A DNA stretch of 64,000 nucleotides from Eledone cirrhosa (taxonomy: Eukaryota), in NCBI GenBank assembly GCA_964016885.1, contig OZ024742.1, forward strand, positions 154,814,001 to 154,878,000, given 5' to 3'. A model generated the notes under the pieces. It had not been told where the DNA came from and ran no database searches. It worked only from the letters and a program-made list of their open reading frames with translations. The position numbers and the translations under genes are program-made. This document shows positions 1 to 13,400 of this stretch, one piece after another; position 1 is the stretch's first letter, and each line of letters starts with the position of its first letter.

Positions 1-128
1 AGTCCTTTAATGTCTGAGTTCATATCCCGCCAAGATTAATTTTGCCTTTCATCCTTACGAGGTCGATAAAATAAGTAATACACTGGGATAATGTCTGGCC
101 TTGTGCCAAGAGTAGAAACAATTATTAA
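1..128 (+). mobile_element. tRNA-derived SINE (family A, Deu/Nin-like central domain), 5'-truncated by the window edge
   Basis: Contains B-box-like GAGTTCATATCC, the central TTTGCCTTTCATCCTTACGAGGTCGATAAAATAAGTA and the tail GGCCTTGTGCCAAGAGTAGAAACAATTATT, all shared with the full copies at 22767 and 38148. Confidence 0.8.
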
Positions 129-335
129 TATAGTACATACAGTCATCCTCAAGAGCAGCAGAAATCATCATCATCACCATTATTATTGTTATTATTGGTA
201 AATACGTTGTATTGGTAGATGTTATACTGACAGTATAATAAAAGAGCAAGCCATAGCCAATAGTCAAATCTCCTTTGCATCATGTTTTCTCCATCAACTT
301 TCCAATACTCTTCTTAGAATTCTTGCTGTTCCCAT

Positions 336-740
336 ATTATTATTATTATTATCATTTTTATTTTCTTTCATTATTATTTCTGACATATATGCCGAGTGTC
401 TTCCTGACACCTAGGGCAAATAAATTCACAGTGTGCATTGGTAAGCCAGTTAATACAGCACATAGAATATAATTAAAAAAAAAAAAAAACAGTATACATA
501 TATACACATGTGCATATGCATATGTAAATACAAGGAGGGATATCCATCTTACAGAGATAGTGCTCTTTTCAATACGTGTGCAGTACCAGTCAAAACAATT
601 TTTTGCACATCGTGCAGAGAGGGTAAACCAGGAATCATTCGCAAATATTGATCTGTTCTTTTCTTGATCATTCCCAATCCTCCCACAATCACTGGTATTG
701 TAACGGCCTTGAGGTGCCACATTTTCTCAATTTCCTGGTA
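336..740 (-). mobile_element. 3' end of an R4/Dong-clade non-LTR retrotransposon (REL endonuclease C-terminus, 3' UTR and (TAA)n tail)
   Basis: ORF 549-755(-) reads EIEKMWHLKAVTIPVIVGGLGMIKK...IPGLPSLHDVQKIVLTGTAHVLKRAL*, the typical R4/Dong C-terminal signature. The minus strand ends in a (TAA)n run at about 336-352, the known Dong tail/target. Confidence 0.8.
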
Positions 741-2165
741 TGGATTGTCTGCCATAAATGTTTAAAGTTTACATGCAGTTGTGAGCCGAGGAATCGTGTT
801 ACTACTAAGAAAGGACATGAACAAGTTGGACCATCTAGATAATGATATGTCCATATCTCTGCTATTCTCGAAGTTCGAAATGTTGCCAAGGTTACATCAA
901 ACGCGGTTGGTGCTATTAGGGGAGGCATCGATATGCGTCTTTCCGAACAGATATATACAGGAAAATCTGCTACTTATGCGGAAGATCATTCAAAGTAAGG
1001 ATCCTTGAATATGAGGGGTACAGATGGGAAGCTTTCAATAAGTTTAATCATCAATAAGTCTAACCATCAAAACTGCTCTCGATGCGGCCGGTTTCAAACC
1101 CATTTCAGAAGACTTAAAATAATGCGCTCGCTCCACCAAGGCTATTCGTATTCCTCTCTTTTTATTTACTGACACTTCAGCCGTTACTACCCAATTTGGA
1201 GATGCCGTGCACCAAACAATAATGTAATCAGCACCACTATGAGGCTGTACGGAGCGATGACAAGGGTGATATTTAACAAAGAAATGTCACTAGTCTTGAA
1301 GGTCGGTACCTGCAGAGGTACGTCCATAGTATTCAACAGCGTCAGGTGATGCAGAACGGACAAAGCGGTTAAATTGCATGGTGTCTGGTTTCGTCTGGAC
1401 CTCCAGGTTGGTAGGAAATGGTATGGACGAAGTAATCGGCAGAGTGGTCACACTTACTACGAAATGGACCGAGACGATGCTATCCCTGAAAGGCCAGGCA
1501 GAGATGCTGAGTGTGTATAATGGCTGCGCCTATATATTTCCGCCCGTCTGTTGTTCCTCACCAGATTGGAACATCTGCTCCGTCTCTTCTTTTCAAATGG
1601 TCGAGTTCAACTGGTCAGTAGTTTCCCTTAATGCCAACGACCTTTGCACAGAAGGTTCGGCATACCATAGTGGATTATGTACAAACATCCTCTGAGTCTA
1701 TTTCTTTTGCAAAAATAACAAAAAGGAAGTAAAGGTGTTGCTGTAATTTGTCAAGTTCGATTTTTCTCATCTCTTTTGATTGAGTGGCAATATTGTGAGA
1801 ATGGGCGTCTGACATATTGTATGTTGTTAGGCTCTCTTAGCCGTCAGAATGATGACACAGTTCTTTACACACTCGACAAATGTCCGAGCATTGTTCACTT
1901 GTGAAGATTTGTCAATCAGCTATTTCCCATGTCGTACCGAACCGGCTATCTTCTAGAGATTTCAAATGGGAGAGGACCACTTGCCTATGGTGCTCTTGGT
2001 CACCAAGGAGCTTTAGGATTTGAGCTGTTCCTCACTTACGCTTGGGTAATGCCACCGCAATAAGGGAATTATGTTGTTATAGATTTATTGCTACGTCGTT
2101 TATTCGATTTCAGTAAATCCCCACAGTCCCTTGTGTTTCAACCCTAATGTCCAATAAAGAAATAA
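741..2165 (+). mobile_element. Degenerate L1/Tx1-clade ORF2 relic (RT region to 3' end)
   Basis: 781-1008 translates to RGIVLLLRKD.NK.DHLDN...ISLL...LGEASICVFPNRYIQENLLLMR, resembling Tx1 'GVVTLL.K...D...NFRPITLL...GEAQTC..P.R.I.DNL.LMR'. An 'LDAAGF.P' piece follows near 1077, and AATAAA occurs near 2153. Confidence 0.65.
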
Positions 2166-2896
2166 TTGGATGCTTTGTAGAAAAGTGTTTCTGTCCTTTA
2201 CCTTTACCTGAATTCAAATTCCTCCAAGGTTAGGTTTCCCTTTCATCTTTACGGGGTCGAGAAAATAATTTACAGTAACGGACTAGCATCAATAAAATCG
2301 AGGATATTCTTCGTTCAAAAATTGCCGACCTTGAGCCAAAATCAGAAATATTTATTTTTGCTGGGGCTGTTGTTGTTATTATTGTTGTGTTTGTTTTTTC
2401 TACAATTTCATTTCAGTTTCTACTGAATCACCTGTTCAATTCATTCTTGCATATGGAAGCGAACGGACATTTCTAAAAGAGCTGCATAACGAGAATAATT
2501 TGTAATAGGATTACCTTATAGAAAACAGAGTTTTCTTATATTTTTTTGTTGTTTTTTTAATTTTGTTTTTTTTGCATTTTACTTTTAGCAGTTTTACTAA
2601 TAAAATATTTCGGAATATTTACGGATCATTTAATTTAAAAGATATTGTCTTTTTGCTGTCCATTTATCTTTAGAAAATAACCATTTGTTTTTGTGATATT
2701 CGTGGCTGAAAATAGATTTAGACTTTGACAGGTAGTAATGCTCAACACAGTGCTTGTAGCAGCCGCTCACTATATGGAGTAACACACCTACAAAAGATCG
2801 TCTGTAAAAAAAAAAAAAAAAAATTATAAAACACACAATGAAATATTCAATTGTAGAGGACTTCAATTTTAAGCAGTCACAACTGTACAACGGAAG

Positions 2897-2898
<2 letters not shown>

Positions 2899-2977
<79 letters not shown>
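2899..2977. repeat. (GA)n microsatellite
   Basis: Uninterrupted GA dinucleotide run seen directly. Confidence 0.97.
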
Positions 2978-2980
<3 letters not shown>

Positions 2981-3355
2981 GTTTTGAAATATTTGACTAA
3001 AATAGAATGAAACCACATAATGAACAAGGGACAGACCAACAAAAGACATATTTTGCTAACTTTGTGTGACAAAAGGAGCGATTCCATATGAATCAAGTCG
3101 GAAAAAAAGAAGATATAAACGATGTATACCTCGACCTAAACGGGCAACTTTCCTGAAATTCTATACCAGAAAAAGAAAGAATGAAAATTCCATGTACACT
3201 GTTTTTCTTAAGATGAACGTAACTTTTGTATACCTAAAGACCTTTCAATGTGTGGCAGAATATGTGTCCTATTGACCGGATCCTGTCATATGTAACCGGC
3301 CATCTGTTCTTTCAACCAAAGAGTTATTCTAGGAGACAAGTAGCATCGCTTCCAC

Positions 3356-4631
3356 GTTACATGAATATCACGGCATATGTGTTACATGAATATCACGGCA
3401 TATGTGTTACATGAATATCACGGCATATGTGTTACATGAATATCACGGCATATGTGTTACATGAATATCACGGCATATGTGTTACATGAATATCACGGCA
3501 TATGTGTTACATGAATATCCCGGCATATGTGTTACATGAATATCCCGGCATATGTGTTACATGAATATCACGGCATATGTGTTACATGAATATCACGGCA
3601 TATGTGTTACATGAATATCACGGCATATGTGTTACATGAATATCACGGCATATGTGTTACATGAATATCCCGGCATATGTGTTACATGAATATCCCGGCA
3701 TATGTGTTACATGAATATCCCGGCATATGTGTTACATGAATATCACGGCATATGTGTTACATGAATATCACGGCATATGTGTTACATGAATAATCCCGGC
3801 ATATGTGTTACATGAATATCACGGCATATGTGTTACATGAATATCACGGCATATGTGTTACATGAATATCACGGCATATGTGTTACATGAATATCACGGC
3901 ATATGTGTTACATGAATATCACGGCATATGTGTTACATGAATATCACGGCATATGTGTTACATGAATATCACGGCATATGTGTTACATGAATATCACGGC
4001 ATATGTGTTACATGAATATCACGGCATATGTGTTACATGAATATCACGGCATATGTGTTACATGAATAATCCCGGCATATGTGTTACATGAATATCACGG
4101 CATATGTGTTACATGAATATCACGGCATATGTGTTACATGAATATCACGGCATATGTGTTACATGAATATCACGGCATATGTGTTACATGAATATCACGG
4201 CATATGTGTTACATGAATATCACGGCATATGTGTTACATGAATATTACGGCATATGTGTTACATGAATATCACGGCATATGTGTTACATGAATATCACGG
4301 CATATGTGTTACATGAATATCACGGCATATGTGTTACATGAATATCACGGCATATGTGTTACATGAATATCACGGCATATGTGTTACATGAATATCACGG
4401 CATATGTGTTACATGAATATCCCGGCATATGTGTTACATGAATATCACGGCATATGTGTTACATGAATATCACGGCATATGTGTTACATGAATATCCCGG
4501 CATATGTGTTACATGAATATCACGGCATATGTGTTACATGAATATCACGGCATATGTGTTACATGAATATCACGGCATATGTGTTACATGAATATCACGG
4601 CATATGTGTTACATGAATATCACGGCATATG
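3356..4631. repeat. 25-bp minisatellite, about 51 copies of GTTACATGAATATCACGGCATATGT
   Basis: Direct tandem array with no spacers. Variants are ATATCCCGG, TAATCCCGG (+1 nt) and ATATTACGG. Confidence 0.98.
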
Positions 4632-4639
4632 GCCAGAAA

Positions 4640-5200
4640 TATAGACATGTTGTGTGGTGGTTTACAATGTAAAAATGTGCGAATATCTTTTGAAGACAGA
4701 GAGGACACACGCCATATGATTGAATGTGGCTGGATTGTCCTAGTGATCCGAAGTGGGCACAAGGGCATTTTTGAGTTTCAGTTCATTGAGATAGAGGAGA
4801 AGAGATAAATGAAATAGGTGGTGCAAAAGCAGAAGAACACTTTGCTACATAAATGATAGAGTATGTTAAAGGTATTCTGCCTATAGATAGAGAACAATCA
4901 AAACGAAAAAAAATCAGAACAGCAGAAAACATTAGCGATAGTGGCATTAGCAGCCACTGGTTCTAGGGAGGAAACCACCCTGATTTGGTTGGTGTTTCCA
5001 GAGTACCAGCGGTTTCAGATTCGGGTACAAACTGAGAACTACACGATACATGACATGATGCATTAATTGGGGAGAGGAGTGGGCATCTGTCATTTTGTAT
5101 GCGATATTGTTGTTGAGGGCAATATTAATGGTCCATAGTCAGTTGATCAATTAAGGCCCAGAGAATATTGGGACATCCAAGCTTCATGTGCCCTTCTGAA
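4640..5200 (+). mobile_element. Possible degenerate L1/Tx1 ORF1 (gag-like) relic
   Basis: Scattered frame-broken peptides GILPID, IVALAA...EETTL, DIVVEG and (GH)IQASC resemble Tx1 ORF1 'VVVEGRPP.C..C...GH....C'. Confidence 0.35.
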
Positions 5201-5576
5201 CAATAGATGGATATGTTGCCCTTAATTATTTTCCTTTTCATGAAATTTCAAAACTCCCCCTCAAAAGGTTTAGCTATATGTATATTTTTACAGAATATAT
5301 TGAAAGTCATATTTTGTGTTTTATATAAAAGATACGCTTATTTTGAAAAAAATGATGATGATGCTGAGCATGGGGAGAATTGGAGAAAATGTCAATGACA
5401 ATAACGACGATGATGTTGATGAAGAGTAGGGCGATACGAATGAGGGAGAAAAGAAGAATATTATATTAGAATATCAATAAATTATAGAGACATTGAGATT
5501 ATGCAAATCAATATGATATTGTGATAGACTATCAAGAAAAGAGAAAGTCCCCAAATCAATTAATCAATTCCAACAG

Positions 5577-5645
<69 letters not shown>

Positions 5646-5726
5646 TATATATATATATTATATATATATAATATATTATATATATTATATATATGTATAT
5701 ATTATATATATAGTATATATATTATA

Positions 5727-7910
5727 CACCCAAGTCTTTGATGTTGTTGAATGCCACGAGCGTTTCACCTAAAGGAAGGGAGTATGGGAGTTTCAGGGCA
5801 TCCTCTTTTACGTAGTGGATTAACTTAAATGTATCTTCGTACAGCAGTATATTGTTCTTTTCCACACATTGGATAACAGCCAGTAGGTCTTACTGAAGGC
5901 ATGTCCGGTCACCGACATCATTAATGACATTCTGGAGCTTGGAATCATCTAGAAAGTTTATTATGCTGTTGTGCTTGATGATGTCAGTAATGTCATTAAC
6001 GTAAATGATGAAAAGAAGTGTGTCCAACACAGTGCTTTGAGGGACACCACTGCTGACTTTTGCTGGTCTTGATTTTACTCCTTCGACTACATGTTGGTCT
6101 CTGTCAGGAAACACTTGATCCACTGTAATAACTTCCCAGAGACACCAATGTTGCATAGTTTTTTCAATAGAAACTCATGAACAACCCTGTTAAAGGCCTT
6201 GCTGAAATCAAGGTAGATGTCATTAGTGTTGGAGCCCTCCTCCAAAGCTCTCAATATATCATCAAAATGATGCAGGAGCTGAGTTAGACAGTCCCTTCCA
6301 TTACGGAAACCATGTTGGTTGGAGTTCAGCAGGCTGTTGCTTTCAAGAAAGTGGGTTATTCATGATCTCACCACCCTCTCAAATACCTCGATGATATGGG
6401 AGATGAGTTAGATCCGGCGATCGGGCTCGATTCTCTTTTTGAAAATTGGGACAGCAGATTGGACAGAAAGTTTTCAGGAGTATAGCCAGCATCCACTGAG
6501 TTTCTCCAAAGATTAGCAAGAGGAGATGAAAGTTAGTGTCGACATACTATCAGGACAAAAGCAGGAAGGTATCTGGGCCTACTGCTGAATTGTGTTAAAA
6601 AATCGTTTATTGACGCTAAGACAACGAGAGCGCCAAACATTATGCCCGATATAGGGTGTTGGGGATTAACATCCCTGATACAGCCCAGATCGGCCATATC
6701 ACGATTGCTGAAAACAGAGCAGTATTGTTTCTGGAGTATCTCACACATGGTTTTGGATTTTTTCTTGGAGTGTGCCATTTTCATCAATTAGAGAGCAAAC
6801 AGTGGAGACAGTGACCTTGTGTTTTTTCGCAAATGAAAAGAACACTTTGGGGTTGCGTTTGATTTTCCCAATGGTCCATTTCTCCTCAGCTGTTATTTGG
6901 TTATTGTTGATGGTCTTCATGCATTGTTCGAGGTTATATTATTTTTTATTCAAGCAGTGCGGATGTGTGTATTGATGTTGGCCGTAATTTAGTTTGTTAA
7001 TTTGTTTGTTTGTTCTTTTTATTTTTCTGAGAATATATTTTTGTTATTGATATCGTACTTAGTTTTGTTCACAGGTCTTGTTGGGGTGTGTTTTGCACAT
7101 ATATTTGCGACAGTGTTTACAAAGATCTACCAAGAAGTTTTGATTTTGGTGGAAGTGTTCATGATTGCATCCCAGTTGGCAATATAGAGATCCATGTCAT
7201 CCAATGGGTGGGCTGGAGAGAGGACACTAGGATTAGCTTTACGCTGGTGGAATCTCAGGTTAGAAAGAACCATGTCATGGTCTGAAAGAAGGGTTTTTTC
7301 CACTGTAATATTATGTATAGTGTTAGTGAGATTACTAAGCACTAGGTCCAAAATGTTCTTCTGATACCTTGTTGGTGCAAGGATAAGTTGGGACAAGTAA
7401 AACGCATTCATAAAGACGTGAGGTGACTCAACTGCTTCTTTATTCAGTGGTTGAGGTGGGAGTACCTGGTTTCAAACTGCCTGTAGAGCAATCAACACAG
7501 GGTAGATTAAAGTAATAAGTATGTTACTAGAATGGCACTGTTGAATGAAGCAATTAATGCTGTTGAGGCATTCTTGGAAGCGTATTATAGTTGTTTGGGG
7601 TGACCTATAGACCCAACTACTATCAGGTCATTGGCTTTGTTGTGCACGGTGACTGAATCACAGTAGCCATTAGAGAATGTGATATTTCCATCTGCCGTAA
7701 AGGAATAATGCAGGAACATGGCAGCTCCACCCTTCCTTCCGTCGTCACGATCTACGAGGATGGTTGTGAAATTCCTCACTTTCACTTCGGTTTTCAAGTG
7801 GGAGTTGTTGAGGTGGGTTTCACTTCGAATGAAAAAGGGCATGTGAATGGTTACCAACCCAATCCTCACTGAATTGGATCTTCCATTTTTGTGCGTTGGT
7901 GGAAGTGCAT
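5727..7910 (-). mobile_element. CR1-like LINE ORF2 relic (APE endonuclease + RT), truncated, bounded by (TA)n on both sides
   Basis: APE motifs SETHLN...DRDDGRKGGAA and APTRYQKNILDLVLSN...SDHDMV. RT motifs YLDFSKAF and SGVPQSTVL..LLFIIYVND...FLDDSKL. Many stops and frameshifts. Confidence 0.9.
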
Positions 7911-7918
7911 TGATTAGA

Positions 7919-7952
<34 letters not shown>

Positions 7953-7957
<5 letters not shown>

Positions 7958-8640
7958 TAAGAATAACCAAAGCGTGCTTAGAAATACATTGTTTTATTAG
8001 CTCACAGTTTTTCATCCATACCCCATGGCAGGAATCATCAGAGCCTATAAACATGAGTATATCAGTAGTTGCATGCTCCATCGAGCTGCGTCACCAGAAC
8101 AACGTTAAAGGACCAGCAGGGGGGGGGGGTCCCGAAGCCAGCGCTATATGGAAAAATACAGAATACATGATGCACATTATGTCATAAAATGTCTTAAAAA
8201 TTAAAAAATTAAAAATTACACCAAAAATGAATCACTTAAACGGTGCAATAGATGATAAAGAGGTTGGGAGAGGGTAGCAAGGGATGAGTGAGGGTATTAC
8301 TCAGCATGATCAGAAACAATAAGAAATAAGAAAATAATAAAAAAACAATAAAACAGTACAAAAATACAGGGATAAGAAAAGAGATAAATATAAAAGTACA
8401 AAACAATAAAGGAACAAAAAGCCCGGAACCCCCCCCCCCCCCAACTATAAGACAAAGCAAAGCTTAGATGCATCAAAGCACAAGCTGTGCAAAAAGGGGA
8501 TGTACAGGCAGATCAAGGGAGTCTACAAGCATGAGTCTGTGAAAAGAATAGTTGGTTAGCAGTGGTGCAGCCTTACATGTATGATAGTCCATATGAGGGA
8601 TGGTGTACTCCTTGTAACAGGTCGATTGTCCTTATCATAT
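7953..8640 (-). mobile_element. Penelope-like element 3' end / pseudo-LTR with a degenerate hammerhead
   Basis: Minus strand GCT-CTGATGA-(stem)-GAAA-aactgTG-AGC is followed at once by AATAAA and a (TA)n tract. The inner boundary is uncertain. Confidence 0.5.
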
Positions 8641-9576
8641 CCGCACCCTACGAACCATATCGATATGTTCCAGTTCCGAACGTTAAGTGAGATAACACTA
8701 TTTTTCCAAAACCTATACCCAGGGGATTTATCACCATAGGCGGTCTGGGATATACACCTAAAATCTAAAATAAGAAATAAAGGAAAGTACTACGAGTTAA
8801 AGAAATGTATGGTACATGTACAGCCGGCACACATGTGAGGAAATTGAAAACACGTCAGGTCCACAGAAACTGGCATTCCCCCAAATCCTCACGTTCGGTC
8901 GCTCAATCCAACGTGCCAGGTGAAATTCACTGTATGTCCAAGTTGGCGTTCAACCAATGTGTCGCACCGCATACAACTGTACCACAGTAAATACAAATCG
9001 GGATGGCTATCCCGTTACATAGAGAGAAGGTGTATATAGGAAACTCCGCTTCCAGAATCGCATATGGCAGAATGAGCAGATATTGTTATAATAATAGGCG
9101 GTTTATTATAGTGAGTGCACATTTCTGTAGAATATATAGATATATATAGAAGAGAGAACTCACAACCAAACCTGTCAATGACAGCTATATTATTTATATT
9201 TCCGCCACGTGGTTTTCGTTTAGATTATTCACTCCGGAGGCTGCAATCCATTCACAGTCGGGTGTGACCCCTCCTGGGTCGGCGGGAGTTCAATATCCAG
9301 CGCTGCACTTTGCCTTGAGTGTGGTTCTATAATTCATCAAAGCTGGAACACAATTCATATTCAACTAATTCCAACTTTCAAAGGTTAGCCTCTCGCTAGT
9401 AACACATAACGGTAGTCCGAATATAAACACAGGAAGTCGTAGTGTACGTATGAAATGTATGGGAGGCAATTCGCGTCATAACGGCTCTGTAGTATACCTA
9501 CTTTGAGCTAAAACCACACTGTCATACCAAGGGCAATATGTCTGCATGTCTGGGCATATTGATATATTAGTCAACG

Positions 9577-9616
<40 letters not shown>

Positions 9617-11829
9617 AAACGAAGATAAAGAAAAAATAAAGAGGGTTGAAATACTACGCAGATTATGATAAAGCTGTAACTCGGAGAAGCAATAATATCG
9701 AAAACCCATCTACCAGCAAACCTATATATATATATATATAAGTCTATAGAAGTCTAACAAGTCTAACAGACGTCTAACCGAAACAACACAGTGAAAACAT
9801 AACTAACCGCAGCTAAAACAAACACCTTCGAAGAAAGGAAGCACCTTCGAAAACTAAGATAAATAAACCTATTCTGAGAAATGATAAACCAAATAAAACC
9901 AGACACTGCAATAAATACTTTTCACAGGAACAAACTGTAGTCATAACTGTATTGAGTGAAACCAGCATTTAGCCAAATAGATTAAAACATTCCCTTTCCC
10001 ATTTTCACCATTAAATGGTGGAAAGAAAATATTCAATACAATGTCAACAACAGAATATACGAAAAGGAAAGTCAACCGCATACTCCGGAAATACGTTTGG
10101 TAGGTCTGATACGATGAAGGTAAATAAAATGAGAAAGAAATGAAAACAAAATTGAAACAAGTGATCCGAACAAAGTCTTGCTGGATACACTGGATTGGAA
10201 AATGTGAGCATGGACGCTTCTTTCACAAATCCAATTATTGGAGAAAAAAATGTTGACCTATTCTATCAATATTAAATACCAAGGTGGATCATGTACGCTA
10301 ACAATAAAAGTATACAAATATGCTGGGAAGGAATTCGGACCCAAATGATATGAAAATTAGAATAGATTTATAAATACAATAAGCATTGAAGCAGAAAATA
10401 TAAAATAATTATGAAAACATGACCCATCGCAAAACTTAAATCTTCAATTACACAGCTTAATACAGAAAACAATAGAAAAGAAAACTCAATTTCAACCACA
10501 TATATTATAAAACGTCATTAAAAAAAACATTTATACGTACATATAAAATGCACCATGCCGTAGAGCGAAAACAGTATTATATAAGATGCACCTTGTTTCA
10601 GGACCGATAATGTTATAAAATAACTCAGGAATTAGACATATGGAGAGAGACGAACCAAAAAGGTGACAAATTCTAAAAAAGAAAAAGAAATAATTGCCGT
10701 TACACATGGCTATAATTGACAGATGCTAGTCAATTGCAAATTTAGCCAGGTGCAGCTGGCTATCATTTTCAGTTTGGATGGACTCAAGTTGCATGAAATG
10801 AAACAATAAATCGCTCTAGCTATTTCGAGGTTTGACATTACGATCATCTGATTATCACTTTACACTTCACAATGACAAAAAAAGCCAAGAAGAAAATGAT
10901 AAAAGAAGAAAGGTTTTATACGAAATTCGAAAACCTTAATTTAAGAAATAATCCACTTCGATAGTAGTACACGACAGGATTGACTGGAAATAACGTGAAG
11001 CAATATGAAAAAACTTTGTGTCAGAAAGAATCAGGAAAGCTGGTCACAATAACTGACCATAAAAAGCATACGAGAAAAAATAACAATTTAAAATTGATGA
11101 GAATTTCAGATTGTCACGTATGAGGACAGCATTTCACTTCAAACAATATCTTATCACTTAGCGAAATAAACTAAACAAAAGGCTTCAGTGCTTTCATTTA
11201 TATATGTTCCTTGCTCTGAAGCAGGTTACTATTTATGAAAGTGTTCAGTACTTCCAAGGCTGATTGTTTTTCCAAACTTCCTTTCGACCCTCAATTCTTG
11301 ATCTATTATTGCCTTCTATATCATGAAACATATGAGGGTTTCGCTAGAAATGAAAAAAAGCCAACTGAGTCTATTTTATCATCTCCAACATAATATCCCC
11401 TTTAACGTGGTTCGAGAAATTCCTCTTGGTATTTTTTTAATAAGAAAAACAATGGTAGGCACGATATTCATTGTTACAAGAAATGTAATTTTTCCGGATT
11501 AAATTATGGACTGGGAAATTGGAGTGAAATTGATTGCAATAAATTGACCGTGAAAATTACTCGTTAACAAGAGGAAAAAAAGTTTGGGAAAAACTCAAGA
11601 ATTAAAATCCTGTCTAGACATGTGATAGCACTTAGATTTAAGATGATAAAGTACAGACATTCCAACATAAAATCAGTCCATGAAACAAAGCAAAATACAC
11701 TCGGTCACGCTATGCCATACGAACAAATAGTTTTAAGCTAATTGATTTGACATATTCAAATATACCAAACATATTAGATATACGCAATAATCTATATGTG
11801 ATATCCTTTAAATTGAATTATAACAAAGG

Positions 11830-13130
11830 ATTGTTGTAAATGTGGAAACGGCGCAACGAAAGGAGATTCAATGTAATATTTTTTAACTTCGGTATATGTT
11901 GGGTCAAAGTCCAATTCAGGGACTTCTGGCCTTAAATGAATTGAGACGATGACATCATGATCTACAACAGATGGATAAATTAAAACTGTTTCAAAACTGC
12001 TTTTTTCAGACGATAAGTGGAACCATTCGATGCTAAGACCGGTGAGAGCTCACGCTTCTAAGGGCCACATACCAGTTTTGTCTTCATTGGAGGCTTTTAT
12101 ATCTTCTATTAGAATCAGTTTGAAGCTTCGCTGCTTTTGAAGACCACCACATTTGTTTTTATAGTTTGCTTACTGTCCAATGTTTTCTGTTTCGCTTAAG
12201 ATGTTTTGTTGGCAATTCATACTTTATGGGAAGAGTTTACTTTTTGAATTAGTGACTGTATTTCTATGCTATACTCAATGAACCAATGTTGATGCTTTCG
12301 ATTAGTCAGACCAGGAGCTTAAGGCGAAGCGGAATAGATTACTTCCTTGAGATTTCTCCACGATTCTTCAATATTTTCTGAAATTTCAACTCGTTTAATC
12401 GAGACAACCTAGTTTTTCTTTCAACAGCAAGAGACTGAATATTTATGCCTTTAAGAAATTTTACATTGTGTCTTCTAAGGTTTAACTGAAGAGGAAATGA
12501 TACCTGATAACGCAACAGACAGTGATCAAATAACCAAAATGTTCTATAGCTGGAGCGAGTATGACGAATGTTTCGTTGATATCACTTTTTTATTAAAATG
12601 TAAACAAGCAAATGCCATTATTTTGGCCTTGGATGCATCCAAGTGGTTTTGAACCTGTTAGGTTGTTGAAACATAGTAATACTGAGTAGGAGGCCGAGTT
12701 CATTACAAACAGAGAGAAGACGAAATACATTGCTATTTCATATTTCAAATGCCATGAGAGTCAAAAACATTTTCTCATGAGTCATGAACTGATCCAAGTC
12801 TGCCAAGTCTATCAGTATAATCTATAGTACTGACAATAAAATATTTCTCATACAAGTTGGTAATCTCCGATATTTGAAAATGCGTGGTGGTGATATAGCA
12901 ATTCATTAATATTAGGGGAGTAGCATCATCGACTTTAAGTTTCAATGACATCAAAAATGACTTACCAACTGTATTTGCTATTTTAATTCTAATAGAAAAA
13001 ACAACACCAATAATATTGCACCTTCTTTTTCCCCTTACAAGGAAGTTGAGTTACACTTAATGCTGCTATGTCTATGTTGTACTTATTTAAGACGTTTGAC
13101 ACAAGAGCTAATAAGCACTATTCTGAAGAG
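11830..13130 (-). mobile_element. RTE (BovB-like) LINE relic, APE endonuclease region
   Basis: Around 12590-12730 the minus strand reads LLSVCNELGLLLSITMFQQPNRFKTTWMHPRPK*WHLL, the RTE hallmark 'TWMHPRSK.WHL'. Confidence 0.8.
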
Positions 13131-13252
13131 TCGATTACGTGTTAGCAGGATTCATCTATCAGCTGAGTTCATTACGTAGAGAGCTAGACGGTTTCCTTTA
13201 GCAGGGAAGGACAGGCAGTATCTGTCTAGTGAAAATAACGAAAGTACTTGGA

Positions 13253-13400
13253 TGAGTTCAAATCCCGCCGAGGTTAGCTTTAGCTTTCATCCTTACAGGG
13301 TCGATAAAATAAAGCACCAGTAATACAATGAGGTAGAATTAATCGACTTTTCCCTCCCCTTCAAATTACTGACTTTGTGCCTAAAGTAGAAACAATTATT
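13253..13400 (+). mobile_element. SINE family A, 5'-truncated
   Basis: GAGTTCAAATCCCGCCGAGG...TTTCATCCTTACAGGGTCGATAAAATAAAGCACCAG...CTAAAGTAGAAACAATTATT. Confidence 0.85.

Noticed and set aside
3356-4631. CRISPR array
   Set aside because: The repeats are contiguous with no unique spacers, there are no cas genes, and the context is eukaryotic.
8613-9019. Solo LTR with TGTAAC...GTTACA termini
   Set aside because: The flanks (TCCT / TAGA) give no TSD, and there is no PBS, PPT or second copy.
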